Assembly: GCA_002897675.1 (NCBI GenBank)
Contig: BDSU01000037.1
Coordinates: 2,399 to 66,398, forward strand
Length of the DNA stretch: 64,000 bases
Reading direction: 5' to 3'
Source: a bacterium BMS3Abin02
Lineage (GTDB): Bacteria > Actinomycetota > Acidimicrobiia > Spongiisociales > UBA4744
The notes under the pieces are model-generated. The model worked only from the letters and a program-made list of their open reading frames with translations. It searched no databases and was not told where the DNA came from. A program made the position numbers and the translations under genes. Of this stretch, positions 10,096 to 18,996 are shown in pieces; within the stretch, counting starts at the first letter, position 1, and each line of letters begins with the position of its first letter.

Positions 10096-10176
10096 GGGCG
10101 CAGAGGCTACTGGCCGTCAGGCCTCCGCACCCGTCCATCGGGCCGGGATCTCCGGTGGTGCGCTATCTTGCCGGGC

Positions 10177-10956
10177 ATGCAAACGTCCGTCCGGCGAGCC
10201 GCCGACATCCTCGGCGGTGCCGACCACATCCTCGTATTCACCGGTGCCGGGATCTCCGTCGAGTCCGGGATCCCCGATTTCCGCGGTCCGGCGGGCCTCT
10301 GGTCCCGAGTCGACCCTTCGCTGTTCGAGATCGGCCGCTACCTGACCGATGTCCATGCCCGCCGTGAAGTCTGGCGAATCCACCTCACCGGAGATCTGAA
10401 CATCAGCGATCTGCGACCGAACCCGGCCCACGACGCAGTCGTAGATCTGTGGGAAAGCGGGCGAATGGCCGGTTGCATCACCCAGAACATCGACGGCCTC
10501 CACCAGAAGGCAGGCCTGCCCGAGACCGAAATCGCCGAACTCCACGGGAACTTGAGGCGCGTTCGTTGCATCTCCTGTGCCGGCGTCTGGCCGGCAGACG
10601 AGATCCTCCACCGCATCAGCGAAGGCGAAGACGACCCCCGCTGCCTCGATTGCGGCGGCATCCTCAAGTCGACCACCGTGTTGTTCGGCGAGTTGCTACC
10701 GGGTGCCGCCATCGCCCGAGCCCAACAGATGTCCGACGAGGCAGATGCCGTCTTGTCGATCGGAAGCACACTTTCGGTGTATCCCGCCGTCGATTTCGTC
10801 CTTGAGGCCGTGTCCCGCGGCGCTCCGCTCGTGATCGCCAACCTCGGGCCGACCGACCGAGATGATCTCGCGACCGTGCGAGTGGACGGACCGGCCGGTT
10901 CAACGATCCCCGCCATCGTCGAGAAGCTCCTTGGTGCATCACGCCAAGGACCGTGA
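10177..10956 (+). CDS. cobB: NAD-dependent protein deacylase (Sir2/CobB family)
   Basis: Motifs GAGISVESGIPDFRG, QNIDGLH and HGN, plus a Zn ribbon (CISC...CLDCGG). Only the last 259 aa of the 687-aa track ORF are used. Confidence 0.9.
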   Translation: MQTSVRRAADILGGADHILVFTGAGISVESGIPDFRGPAGLWSRVDPSLFEIGRYLTDVHARREVWRIHLTGDLNISDLRPNPAHDAVVDLWESGRMAGCITQNIDGLHQKAGLPETEIAELHGNLRRVRCISCAGVWPADEILHRISEGEDDPRCLDCGGILKSTTVLFGELLPGAAIARAQQMSDEADAVLSIGSTLSVYPAVDFVLEAVSRGAPLVIANLGPTDRDDLATVRVDGPAGSTIPAIVEKLLGASRQGP

Positions 10957-10974
10957 ACGCGAGGACCGACAGCG

Positions 10975-12432
10975 CTATCTCACGCGTTGTCGCCACACCC
11001 CAAGTCCGACGGCGATGAGGAACCCTGCGATCGCGAGCAGCTGCACCCAGTCCCCTGCCCGGTTGTACAACGTCGGCCCCAACGTCCGGAATCCGACCTC
11101 GCCACGAAGAATGGCGGGTTCCATGATCGGCGTGCGCTCGATGATCGTCCCGTCGGCGGTGATCAGAGCACTCGAACCGGTGATCGAGGCATGCACCATG
11201 TCGATGCCGTTCTCGGCTGCCCGCATCCGGGTCATCTCGCTGAACTGAAGCGTCGCCGCCGAGCGTCCATAACCGGACTCGTTGGTCGTCACCACCACGA
11301 ATCTCGCCCCCGCGCGCACCGCCTCGCGTACATGACGGGGGAACGCGGCCTCGAAGCAGATCACCGAGGCGAAAGAACCCTGTGGGAGATTCCACACGAC
11401 CGGGCGCTCACCGGGAACCATGTCCCGGGACACACGATCGATCTCCTTCACCCACCCCAGATACCGCCGAAACGGCACGTACTCGCCGAACGGCACCCCC
11501 TGACGCTTCCTGTACTCGCCGACGACGACACCATCCGGCCCGTAGAGAACGTTGGCATTGACGAATCCCCTGTCTCCGACGGCTCGGGTCGACCCCACGA
11601 GAATCGAGGCATCCAATCGCACCGCCTCTGCGGCCACCGCCTCCCCGTTCCGTGGATTGGTCAGCGTCTCCGCCTCGTATTGGGCAGAGCTCTCGGGCCA
11701 GATGACGAGATCCACGCTTCCCGCATCGAGCGTGCGGGTCAACGCGAGGTGCGAGTCGAAGATCTCCTGATTCTCACCCGGGCAGTAGCGCCCGGGACAC
11801 GGACTGGACCCCTGGATCACGGCGACGCGCAGCACGTTTCCATCGGTATGCGGTGGCCAAAGAGATCCGCCAAGCATGAGCACCAGACCGATCCCGACGG
11901 CGCCGACCAGCCAACGTGCGCTCTTGCGCTCCAGCACGAGGACGAGACCTGCAGCGATCGCGACCGCCAACACCGAGAGGCCGGTCTCCCCCACCCACTG
12001 TGCCGTCGCCCGCAAGGCCGGAACGTCACCAACCGCGGTACCGAGCGAGCCCCACGGGAAGCCCCCGAACGGCCAGTGGCCGCGCACCCACTCCGTCGCC
12101 GCCCAACCGCCCACGACCACCATCCACCAGAGACCGGGCGGCCACGAGCGGGTCCGCCACACGATCCAGCCGAGTGGCACCAGATAGAGCCCCATGACCG
12201 GAAACAGCACCACCGCTCCGACGCGCGTGCTGATTGCCACCCACCACAGCAACGAAGTGAAGAAGACGAGCCCGAACAGGTATATGGCGCCGGCTGCCGC
12301 CCAGCGGCTCTTCGCTCGGCGCAAACCCCACAACAGGGGGACGGGAGCGATGAACACGATCGCTCCCCAACCGACAGGAGGAAACGCGAGCCACAACAGG
12401 CCCGCAGACGCAAGTGCACCCAACCAAACCAC
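10975..12432 (-). CDS. lnt: apolipoprotein N-acyltransferase
   Basis: Multi-TM N-terminus followed by a CN-hydrolase domain (VIWPESS, VICFEAAFP). Confidence 0.85.
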   Translation of the reverse strand: MVWLGALASAGLLWLAFPPVGWGAIVFIAPVPLLWGLRRAKSRWAAAGAIYLFGLVFFTSLLWWVAISTRVGAVVLFPVMGLYLVPLGWIVWRTRSWPPGLWWMVVVGGWAATEWVRGHWPFGGFPWGSLGTAVGDVPALRATAQWVGETGLSVLAVAIAAGLVLVLERKSARWLVGAVGIGLVLMLGGSLWPPHTDGNVLRVAVIQGSSPCPGRYCPGENQEIFDSHLALTRTLDAGSVDLVIWPESSAQYEAETLTNPRNGEAVAAEAVRLDASILVGSTRAVGDRGFVNANVLYGPDGVVVGEYRKRQGVPFGEYVPFRRYLGWVKEIDRVSRDMVPGERPVVWNLPQGSFASVICFEAAFPRHVREAVRAGARFVVVTTNESGYGRSAATLQFSEMTRMRAAENGIDMVHASITGSSALITADGTIIERTPIMEPAILRGEVGFRTLGPTLYNRAGDWVQLLAIAGFLIAVGLGVWRQRVR

Positions 12433-12453
12433 GGCTGCACGCTAGTCGATGCC

Positions 12454-12485
12454 GGGGGCTTCCTCCCCGCGGGGAGGAAGCCCCC
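12454..12485 (-). terminator. I-shaped terminator candidate after the DUF4349-like gene
   Basis: Perfect palindrome GGGGGCTTCCTCCCC-GC-GGGGAGGAAGCCCCC, 17 nt downstream of the stop. No T-tract. Confidence 0.5.
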
Positions 12486-12501
12486 GAGTTCTCATCGGTT
12501 C

Positions 12502-13401
12502 TCAGGCACCGTCGCCGCCGTCCGTAGCCGACCGTTTGCGCCGGCGGACGATCCACATCACCAGCCAGATCACCAAACCGATCGGCACGAGAATGACGAC
12601 GAGCACCGGGAGGAAGAACGCCACCAGCCAGATCGCCGCCGAGGCGATCCACTGCAGCGCAACGATGAGCCCGCGCACTGCCTGACGCAAGATCGAGCCT
12701 GCGCTCCATCCCTCTCTCGCCAGTGGAGCGACGGCCTCGGAGGGCGTCAAGGTCACATCGACGGTCGCCAACGACACCTGCGAGTCGAACAGTCGCTGCC
12801 TGCCCTCCAGCTGCTCGATCTCACCACGGACCTGGCGAATGTTCTCGAACACGCTGAGCAGATCGTCCGTCTTCGCCTCCGGCCGATCCCGAACTTCGGT
12901 GAGCAGCAGTCGCAGCTCGTTCTCATACGCGCGCAGATTGCGCAGCTGCGCCTCGATGTCGCTGTATTGCTCCGAGATGTCCTGCGAGGTCATGTCCAAG
13001 GATCGCACGTCGATGGCGTCGGCCTTCAACGCATCCACGAACTGCGTCAGCCGATCGGCGGGGATACGAACCTGGAGTCGCGCGAACGTGACCTCGTCCA
13101 CACCGTCGCCGTCCCGATACAGACTCTCGTTCGAAACAAAGCCGCCGAACTGCTCGGCCAGCCGTGCCACGGAACGCGCCGCCTGCTCCGGATCTGCCAC
13201 CTCGAGGTCGATAGAGGCGTTCTTGATGATCTTGCGGTCGGTCACGGCCTGGTCGGTCATGGCCTCGTCGAACGCCGGCGCACCGGTTGCTGCAAACTCT
13301 CGTGCAGGTGCGGCCTTGTTCAGCGCCTCGGTGCCGGTGGTGCTCGACCCGCACCCGGCCAGCAGAAGCACGAGGCCTGCAATCGCAATTCCACGTTTCA
13401 T
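12502..13401 (-). CDS. DUF4349-like lipoprotein with C-terminal TM segments
   Basis: Lipobox LLLAGC, a coiled-coil middle region and a hydrophobic C-terminus. Start taken at MKRGIAIAG. Confidence 0.75.
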   Translation of the reverse strand: MKRGIAIAGLVLLLAGCGSSTTGTEALNKAAPAREFAATGAPAFDEAMTDQAVTDRKIIKNASIDLEVADPEQAARSVARLAEQFGGFVSNESLYRDGDGVDEVTFARLQVRIPADRLTQFVDALKADAIDVRSLDMTSQDISEQYSDIEAQLRNLRAYENELRLLLTEVRDRPEAKTDDLLSVFENIRQVRGEIEQLEGRQRLFDSQVSLATVDVTLTPSEAVAPLAREGWSAGSILRQAVRGLIVALQWIASAAIWLVAFFLPVLVVILVPIGLVIWLVMWIVRRRKRSATDGGDGA

Positions 13402-13483
13402 GTCCCACTCCTCGTCGTCGTCCGGGAACGGCCCGGTGTCCAACAGTAAGACGTCAGACGAAGAAGACAAGGTTCCTCGAACG

Positions 13484-13512
13484 CGGACACACACCGGGCG
13501 CCGAAGTACGCT
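13484..13512 (+). promoter_or_regulatory. possible promoter of the PAC2 gene (near-leaderless)
   Basis: CGGACA, a 17-nt spacer, then TACGCT. The -10 element ends 9 nt before the ATG, and there is no Shine-Dalgarno. Confidence 0.25.
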
Positions 13513-13521
13513 GAAGCTCGT

Positions 13522-14379
13522 ATGCCACTGTATGAACTTGTCGACGACATCCCCGACCTGGTCGCTCCCGCGCTCATCGCCGCCTTCGACGGCTGGGTGA
13601 ACGCAGGGTCGGTCGGCACCCGGGCGGCCTCATCCCTCACACGCGACGGCAGGCAGCTGGCGACCTTCGACGGCGACGCGCTGTTCGACTATCGGGCATC
13701 GCGTCCAGACATCGAGTTCGTCGAAGGAGTGATGCAAGTGGTTCGCTGGCCCGAGATCACGCTCACACACGTCCGACACGAACGCGACCTGCTCGTGCTG
13801 ACGGGCAACGAGCCGGACTTTCGTTGGAAAGCGTTGAGCGCATCGATTGCCGAGATCGCAGAATCACTCGGTGTTGTCGAAATGCTCTCTCTCGGAGGCG
13901 TGCCGGCGGCGGTCCCCCACACGCGCCCCGTGCGAATCCTCACGACGGCCTCTCGAAAGAATCTCATCCCCGATGACGAGCAACTGCCCCAAGGCGTCCT
14001 CAAAGTCCCCGGCGCCGCCGTGAACATCGTGGAGCGGGCCATCACCGGCAGAGGGATTCCGGCAGTCGGGTTCTGGGCGCAGATTCCGCACTACGTGGCG
14101 GGACCGTACCATGCCGGAACGATCGCTCTCATCGAGCGTGCCGCCCGTCACCTCGGCATCGACCTGCCGCTGGGCAGTCTCGTCGACGATGCCGTGAAGC
14201 AGCGCCGGGAACTCGACGCAACCGTCGCCGACAAGCCGGAGGCGATTGCCTACCTTCAGCGCCTCGAAGAGTTGGTGGCACGGCAGCAAACCATTCCGAG
14301 TGGTGAAGAGATTGCCCTGGAAGTGGAACGTTTCCTGCGAGAGAATACGGAGAATCCCTTCGGAGAGCAGGAGGGCTAG
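13522..14379 (+). CDS. PAC2 (proteasome assembly chaperone 2-like) family protein
   Basis: Characteristic N-terminus (LVAPALIAAFDGWVNAG) and LTGNEPDFRWK. Confidence 0.8.
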   Translation: MPLYELVDDIPDLVAPALIAAFDGWVNAGSVGTRAASSLTRDGRQLATFDGDALFDYRASRPDIEFVEGVMQVVRWPEITLTHVRHERDLLVLTGNEPDFRWKALSASIAEIAESLGVVEMLSLGGVPAAVPHTRPVRILTTASRKNLIPDDEQLPQGVLKVPGAAVNIVERAITGRGIPAVGFWAQIPHYVAGPYHAGTIALIERAARHLGIDLPLGSLVDDAVKQRRELDATVADKPEAIAYLQRLEELVARQQTIPSGEEIALEVERFLRENTENPFGEQEG

Positions 14380-14435
14380 GAAGCTCCCCACACGCCGGGC
14401 CAACCGCGAACAGGGCGACCTGCCAGAATGAAGGC

Positions 14436-14966
14436 ATGGCGGTGTTGGCAGACGTGCTGACCGGATTGCGAGCGCTCATCGCCTTGCTCTTGGTGGCGAT
14501 GGTTGGGCAGGGTCGGCTCGAAACCGCCGCCGCGCTTCTCGCCACGGCCTGGCTGACCGATTTCTTCGACGGCAAGAGTGCCCGCGCCGCTTCGCGACCC
14601 ACACATCTCGGTCAATGGGATCTCCAAGCCGACACGCTCGTCGGCGCCGGGTTGATGGTCGGGCTGGCCCTCGGAGGCTATGTGGGATGGGGTGTCGCTT
14701 TGCTCGTCGTCGTTGTGCTCGGTGGAGGCTGGATCGCACTGGGGAACGATTCACTCTCGTCCGCACTCCAGGCGATCGCCTACGGCTCATTCATGTGGTT
14801 GGCGTACTCGAGGTCGATCGGCGGTTGGTGGCTCCCGCCGGTCGTCATCCTGATCATCGCCACACTGAGCTGGCAACGGTTCACCCACGATTCGATTCCG
14901 GGCTTCCTGGGGGGTGTCGGCGATCTCTACTCTGCCGCCCGGCGCTTCGTCGAACGCACCTCCTGA
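14436..14966 (+). CDS. CDP-alcohol phosphatidyltransferase family protein
   Basis: DFFDGKSAR...GQWDLQAD matches DxxDGxxAR...GxxxDxxxD. Membrane protein. Confidence 0.7.
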   Translation: MAVLADVLTGLRALIALLLVAMVGQGRLETAAALLATAWLTDFFDGKSARAASRPTHLGQWDLQADTLVGAGLMVGLALGGYVGWGVALLVVVVLGGGWIALGNDSLSSALQAIAYGSFMWLAYSRSIGGWWLPPVVILIIATLSWQRFTHDSIPGFLGGVGDLYSAARRFVERTS

Positions 14967-14988
14967 GCCGGCCCGAGCACGGGGACCG

Positions 14989-15723
14989 TCACTTCGAAAC
15001 GGCACCCTTGGTCGCTTCTTGCACCACCCGGGCCGTTTGGGGTCGCGACGAGTACAGGTAGCCGATGAACATCAGGATCGCGCCCAGGAACTCACCGACA
15101 TACAAAGCCACCGGTATGCCGAAGCGCTGTGCCGAACCACCGAACGCCGGCATCATGGCCCCGATCGCGATGAGGATGTTCCCGATCATTCGATTCGCCG
15201 CGGCCTTCGTTCTCCAGAAGTAGTACGCGGAGTAGATCGCTCCCCCGACAAGCATGATCACGCCGTAGAGATTGAAGAACGGCGTCAGCACCCGGACGCC
15301 GGAGCTGACGATGGCGGAACCGCTCAGTTCCCCTTCGAGCATCTGGCTCGGGTCGAGTTGTGCCCCGGCAACCCTCACCAGCGCGTACAACGAGCCCAAT
15401 GCCAGGATCGTCATCAGGATGTCGGCCAGCTTCACTTTCCCGAAGCGCCGATGCACCAACAGGTAGACCGTGCCCTGGCCGAGCCAGGCGGCGACGAGGA
15501 TCGCACCGAAGAGGTACCACAGTCGAAACACGAACGGGCTCCAGCCGGCGAAACCGAAGATCGCCTCCATCGCTCCACCGATGCCGTACATGAGGAAGCC
15601 GATCCCCCACAGCAGCATGTAGGGCTGCTTGCGCTCCACCCACGCACGAAGCACCTTGTAGGCGAAGACAAACGAGATGACCGATGATGCGGCCGGCAGA
15701 TACGCGCTCAACAGTTCCTGCAT
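14989..15723 (-). CDS. polytopic membrane protein, unknown function
   Basis: About 7 hydrophobic segments and coding-like composition. I recognise no family motif. Confidence 0.7.
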   Translation of the reverse strand: MQELLSAYLPAASSVISFVFAYKVLRAWVERKQPYMLLWGIGFLMYGIGGAMEAIFGFAGWSPFVFRLWYLFGAILVAAWLGQGTVYLLVHRRFGKVKLADILMTILALGSLYALVRVAGAQLDPSQMLEGELSGSAIVSSGVRVLTPFFNLYGVIMLVGGAIYSAYYFWRTKAAANRMIGNILIAIGAMMPAFGGSAQRFGIPVALYVGEFLGAILMFIGYLYSSRPQTARVVQEATKGAVSK

Positions 15724-15732
15724 TGGAGACTC

Positions 15733-15843
15733 CTACGACGTGAGGATCACATACAGCGCAATCCCGACGAGGGAGACCGCTGCGACGGTAAGGACGATGA
15801 GGATGATCGGAACGACCCGACTCTGCGGCTCTTGCGGTTCCAT
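15733..15843 (-). CDS. candidate 36-aa single-TM micro-protein (MEPQEPQSRVVPIILIVLTVAAVSLVGIALYVILTS)
   Basis: Translated by hand. It falls below the 60-aa cutoff of the ORF track. AAGAGG lies 5-6 nt upstream of the ATG. Its TAG stop is followed by GGAG and, 9 nt later, the ATG of the downstream membrane gene. Confidence 0.4.
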   Translation of the reverse strand: MEPQEPQSRVVPIILIVLTVAAVSLVGIALYVILTS

Positions 15844-15910
15844 CACACCTCTTTCACCCCGGACACGCTACGAGTGCGAAACGCCGACGTAAAGTCGGAT
15901 CCGCAGCCGC

Positions 15911-16507
15911 TCAGATCTGATCGAGGAGCTTGCTTCGCTTCTCGGCGAACTCTTCGTCACTGAGGACTCCATCCTCGTGCAGTCTGGCGAGCATCTCGAG
16001 TTGCTCGACCGGTCCGGATCCACCCTGAAGTGCGACCATCCGAGCTTCCCGCAGGCGGTATATCTCAGACTGGATCCCTTCCGGGTCCGGGATGTCGCTG
16101 AAGTGACTCTGGCCTTGCTCTCCCGCCGATTCGATGATCAGGTCACCCGATCGCAACAGTCGCTCCCAGAACGTCTGGGCGAAGGTCGCGTCGTTCATCA
16201 CCTCGAGCGGTATCTCTTTGCCGTGCCGGGCGAACATGCCCCGGCGAACGATCAGGCGTTCGTTCGTGATGATGTAGTGGGTAAAGAACCACCGGGTGAA
16301 CGGCGGCGCAAACAACGCGAGCCAGATGGCAACCACGGCGGCGAAACCGACCCACATCGGTGTGCCCTCGGCCCGCACGGCGAGGACGACGATACCGGCA
16401 AGGGCAACCACCGACACGAAGACCGGCCAGATGAGCTGTTTCCAATGGGGACGGAACGCGAGATCGATGCGCTCACCGCTGCTGAGAAGACGTTCGGGGT
16501 ACTTCAT
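15911..16507 (-). CDS. membrane PH-domain (bPH_2/YdbS-like) protein with C-terminal SHOCT domain
   Basis: Two TM segments, then YIITNERLIVRRG (bacterial PH) and a C-terminal LARLHEDGVLSDEEFAEKRSKLL (SHOCT). Start taken at MKYPERL. Confidence 0.75.
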   Translation of the reverse strand: MKYPERLLSSGERIDLAFRPHWKQLIWPVFVSVVALAGIVVLAVRAEGTPMWVGFAAVVAIWLALFAPPFTRWFFTHYIITNERLIVRRGMFARHGKEIPLEVMNDATFAQTFWERLLRSGDLIIESAGEQGQSHFSDIPDPEGIQSEIYRLREARMVALQGGSGPVEQLEMLARLHEDGVLSDEEFAEKRSKLLDQI

Positions 16508-16635
16508 ACATGCCAGCTTATCGGGTCGCCTCTCACCTCGCTCCCGCGTCGCCCGACTCCTCGCCACGCCCGTGTGGCTCGCTAGCGTTCGCGCATGCAC
16601 CGCTGCAGTCGACAGACGAAGCTGGAGATCGTCTG

Positions 16636-17841
16636 ATGTCGGCTCGATGTCTTCTCGGTACGAAGCGCTACTGCAAACTGCTGATCGCGCAGGTCGTCTC
16701 GGGATCCGGAGACTGGTTCGCGACCGTCGCGCTGCTGGCACTGGTCTATGAAATCAGCGGATCCGCCGTCGCGGTCGGCGGCATGCTCGCCCTCCGGCTG
16801 ATGCCCGGAGCCGTCGCGGGGCCGATCGCCGCGAAACTCGCGCATCGCTGGGACCGCAGACGCACGATGGTCGCCATGGATTTCGCCCGGGCGGGCATCG
16901 TCATGGCGGTACCGATGGTGCGCAGCCTCGCATGGGTGTTGGGATGGGTGTTCGCCATGGAGATGGCGACCCTCATCTATCTCCCCGCCCGCGACGCATC
17001 CACACGTGACCTGGTCGACACCGACGACGACCTGCCCGTCGCCAACGGACTGCTCATGGGTGGAAGCTACGGAACCCTGCCGATCAGCGCAGGGATCTTC
17101 GCCGCGTACACTGCCGGCCCACAGCTCACCAGCCTCCCCGGAGGGCAGCTCGCCCCGGCATTCTGGATCGACGCAGCGACCTTTCTGTTCTCCGGTTTCG
17201 TGATTGCCACTTTGAAGAGCCTCTCCAATCGCATCGACTCGCCCGAGCTCACGGGCCGCTTGCGGGATGCGCTCCAGATTCCTCTCGTGCGAAGCGCGAT
17301 CTTCCCGGTGGTCACCGCCTCGCTTGGCCTCGGAACGGTATTCTCGCTCGGGATCGCCTTCATCACCGGCACGCTTGGCGCAGGGGATTCTCAGTTCGCC
17401 ATCTTCGTTCTCCTGTTCGGCGTCGGTGCCGTCATCGGGGTGGGAACGCTGCAGTTGCTCAAACCGGACGACTACGTCCTCGAGATGTGGCGAGGGATGC
17501 TGACACTCGGCGCGGTGCTGGCGCTCATGGGAATCGCCCCGAAACTCTGGCTTGCCTATCTTGCCGCAGTTGCCTTCGGTACAGCGTCCGCCTACGCGAT
17601 CGACGCGGCGGTCTCCGGCCTCCAGGTGCGCCTCGACGAGGAGCGCCGGGTGCTGGCCTTCACCGTCTTCCACATCGGCCTGCGCGTCTCACTGGGTGTC
17701 GGTGCCGTCCTGGCGGGCGCCCTGGCCGACATCCTCGGCAAGGCCGGCGTCCTCGACCCGATCCGCATCGTCATGTTCGGTGCCGGGCTGGTCGTTCTCG
17801 TCGCGACCCTGCCGACCCGAGACCGGCTCGGGGACCGGTAG
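16636..17841 (+). CDS. MFS transporter (MFS_3/EntS-like)
   Basis: N-terminus LLIAQVVSGSGDWFATVALLAL and a polytopic profile. ATG at 16636. Confidence 0.8.
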   Translation: MSARCLLGTKRYCKLLIAQVVSGSGDWFATVALLALVYEISGSAVAVGGMLALRLMPGAVAGPIAAKLAHRWDRRRTMVAMDFARAGIVMAVPMVRSLAWVLGWVFAMEMATLIYLPARDASTRDLVDTDDDLPVANGLLMGGSYGTLPISAGIFAAYTAGPQLTSLPGGQLAPAFWIDAATFLFSGFVIATLKSLSNRIDSPELTGRLRDALQIPLVRSAIFPVVTASLGLGTVFSLGIAFITGTLGAGDSQFAIFVLLFGVGAVIGVGTLQLLKPDDYVLEMWRGMLTLGAVLALMGIAPKLWLAYLAAVAFGTASAYAIDAAVSGLQVRLDEERRVLAFTVFHIGLRVSLGVGAVLAGALADILGKAGVLDPIRIVMFGAGLVVLVATLPTRDRLGDR

Positions 17842-17862
17842 CGCCGCTCCTAGGATGCCGGC

Positions 17863-18354
17863 ATGCATCCCGCCACACCAGATGATCTCTTCCGATTCCT
17901 CGAAAACCTGGGCATCGCGACCGAAACCGTCCATCACGGGGCGGTGTTCACCGTCGAGGAGGCCCGCTCCGAACGCGGTGACCTGCCGGGAGGTCACTCG
18001 AAGAGCCTGTTCCTGCGCAACAAGAAAGGCAAGATGTGGCTCGTCGTCGCAAAAGAGGACCGTCCGATCGATCTGAAGGATCTCGCCGGGCGACTGGGTG
18101 CAGGACGGTTCTCCTTCGGGAGCCCCGACCGACTCATGCGAACCCTCGGGGTCATACCGGGTGCAGTCACCCCGTTTGCGGTCCTCAACGACGCCGAGGG
18201 CGTCGTGCAGGTGGTCCTCGACCACGGTCTCATGGCACTGGATCCGCTCAACTTCCATCCATTGGACAACACGATGACCACGAGGATCGCCTCTGCGGAC
18301 CTCCTGAAGTTCCTCGAGGCGACGGGGCATCAGCCGATGATCATTGACCTTTGA
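17863..18354 (+). CDS. prolyl-tRNA synthetase-associated (YbaK/ProX-type) deacylase domain protein
   Basis: HSKSLFLRNKKG...GVIPGAVTPFAV is typical of the ProX/YbaK fold. Confidence 0.85.
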   Translation: MHPATPDDLFRFLENLGIATETVHHGAVFTVEEARSERGDLPGGHSKSLFLRNKKGKMWLVVAKEDRPIDLKDLAGRLGAGRFSFGSPDRLMRTLGVIPGAVTPFAVLNDAEGVVQVVLDHGLMALDPLNFHPLDNTMTTRIASADLLKFLEATGHQPMIIDL

Positions 18355-18960
18355 TCAGAACTCGCGCATGTACCGGCCGCGCTCCTTCCGAAACCCCATT
18401 CGCTCGAGATACCGGTTGTGAGACGCACTGCCGCCGTCGCTCACCAGCGTCGTGTACCCATGGTCTCGGAAGAGGTCCGGGTTCCGATCGAAGAGGAATC
18501 GTCCCGCCTTCAGGTCCCGATGTGCCGGCGTCACATAGTCGAGCAGGATCCGCATGACACCCGGAGTCTCGGGTTCTCCGATGAAGATGCCGGCGGGAAC
18601 CATGTCCCGCAGAGTCAGTACGGCGAACTGGTCGGAGTTCGGTGCGAGCCGATACGACGGCTGGAATCGCGCGATGTCATCCTCGTAGAAGCGGACCAGG
18701 CCGGCGACGTACAACGAGTCCGGTCGAACCTCCAGGATGGTGAAGTACTCCTCGTCGGTGAAAGCCCTCCAGAGGAAGTACACGTTGATGACGATGATCG
18801 CCACGTTCACCAGGACGATGGGGACGGCGCCGATCAGAGCGGCGTAGATACCGAACAGCACTGCACCGATCAGGCTGATGACGCGAAGTCGCACGACGGA
18901 CGTCATCGCCAACGAGAGCACGACGAGGCCCGAGGCCACGTAGCCGAGAATCTCGATCAT
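18355..18960 (-). CDS. membrane-anchored protein: YgjV-like 3-TM N-terminus plus GNAT-like C-terminal domain
   Basis: Hydrophobic N-terminal ~70 aa. The C-terminal region HRDLKAGRFLF resembles GNAT motif A. Confidence 0.65.
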   Translation of the reverse strand: MIEILGYVASGLVVLSLAMTSVVRLRVISLIGAVLFGIYAALIGAVPIVLVNVAIIVINVYFLWRAFTDEEYFTILEVRPDSLYVAGLVRFYEDDIARFQPSYRLAPNSDQFAVLTLRDMVPAGIFIGEPETPGVMRILLDYVTPAHRDLKAGRFLFDRNPDLFRDHGYTTLVSDGGSASHNRYLERMGFRKERGRYMREF

Positions 18961-18996
18961 GGGCCGCAGCGTACCGCGTCGAACCCTTGGGAAGAC

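Noticed and set aside
8893-10176. The N-terminal 428 aa of the 687-aa ORF that ends as the Sir2 gene.
   Set aside because: It is antisense to the GPH transporter and has low-complexity basic/acidic composition. Sir2 homology begins at the ATG at 10177.
10177-10956. Sir2 protein as part of a Sir2-HerA type defence system together with the HerA-like gene.
   Set aside because: The genes are ~50 kb apart. The Sir2 protein has the full CobB-type catalytic and Zn-ribbon motifs and a housekeeping-like context. The HerA-like gene sits with sbcDC and the nurA-like gene instead.
10987-13449. An 820-aa ORF on the + strand. Similar very long ORFs include 5388-6860(-), 24545-26131(+), 27991-29643(+), 34846-36048(-), 36058-37215(-), 44591-46363(+), 49292-50347(-), 50275-51891(+), 59343-60527(+) and 60524-61720(+).
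   Set aside because: Each lies antisense to, or out of frame with, a gene that has clear family motifs (here lnt and the DUF4349-like gene). The translations are Arg/Pro/His/Gly-rich with no motifs. These are typical shadow ORFs of high-GC DNA.
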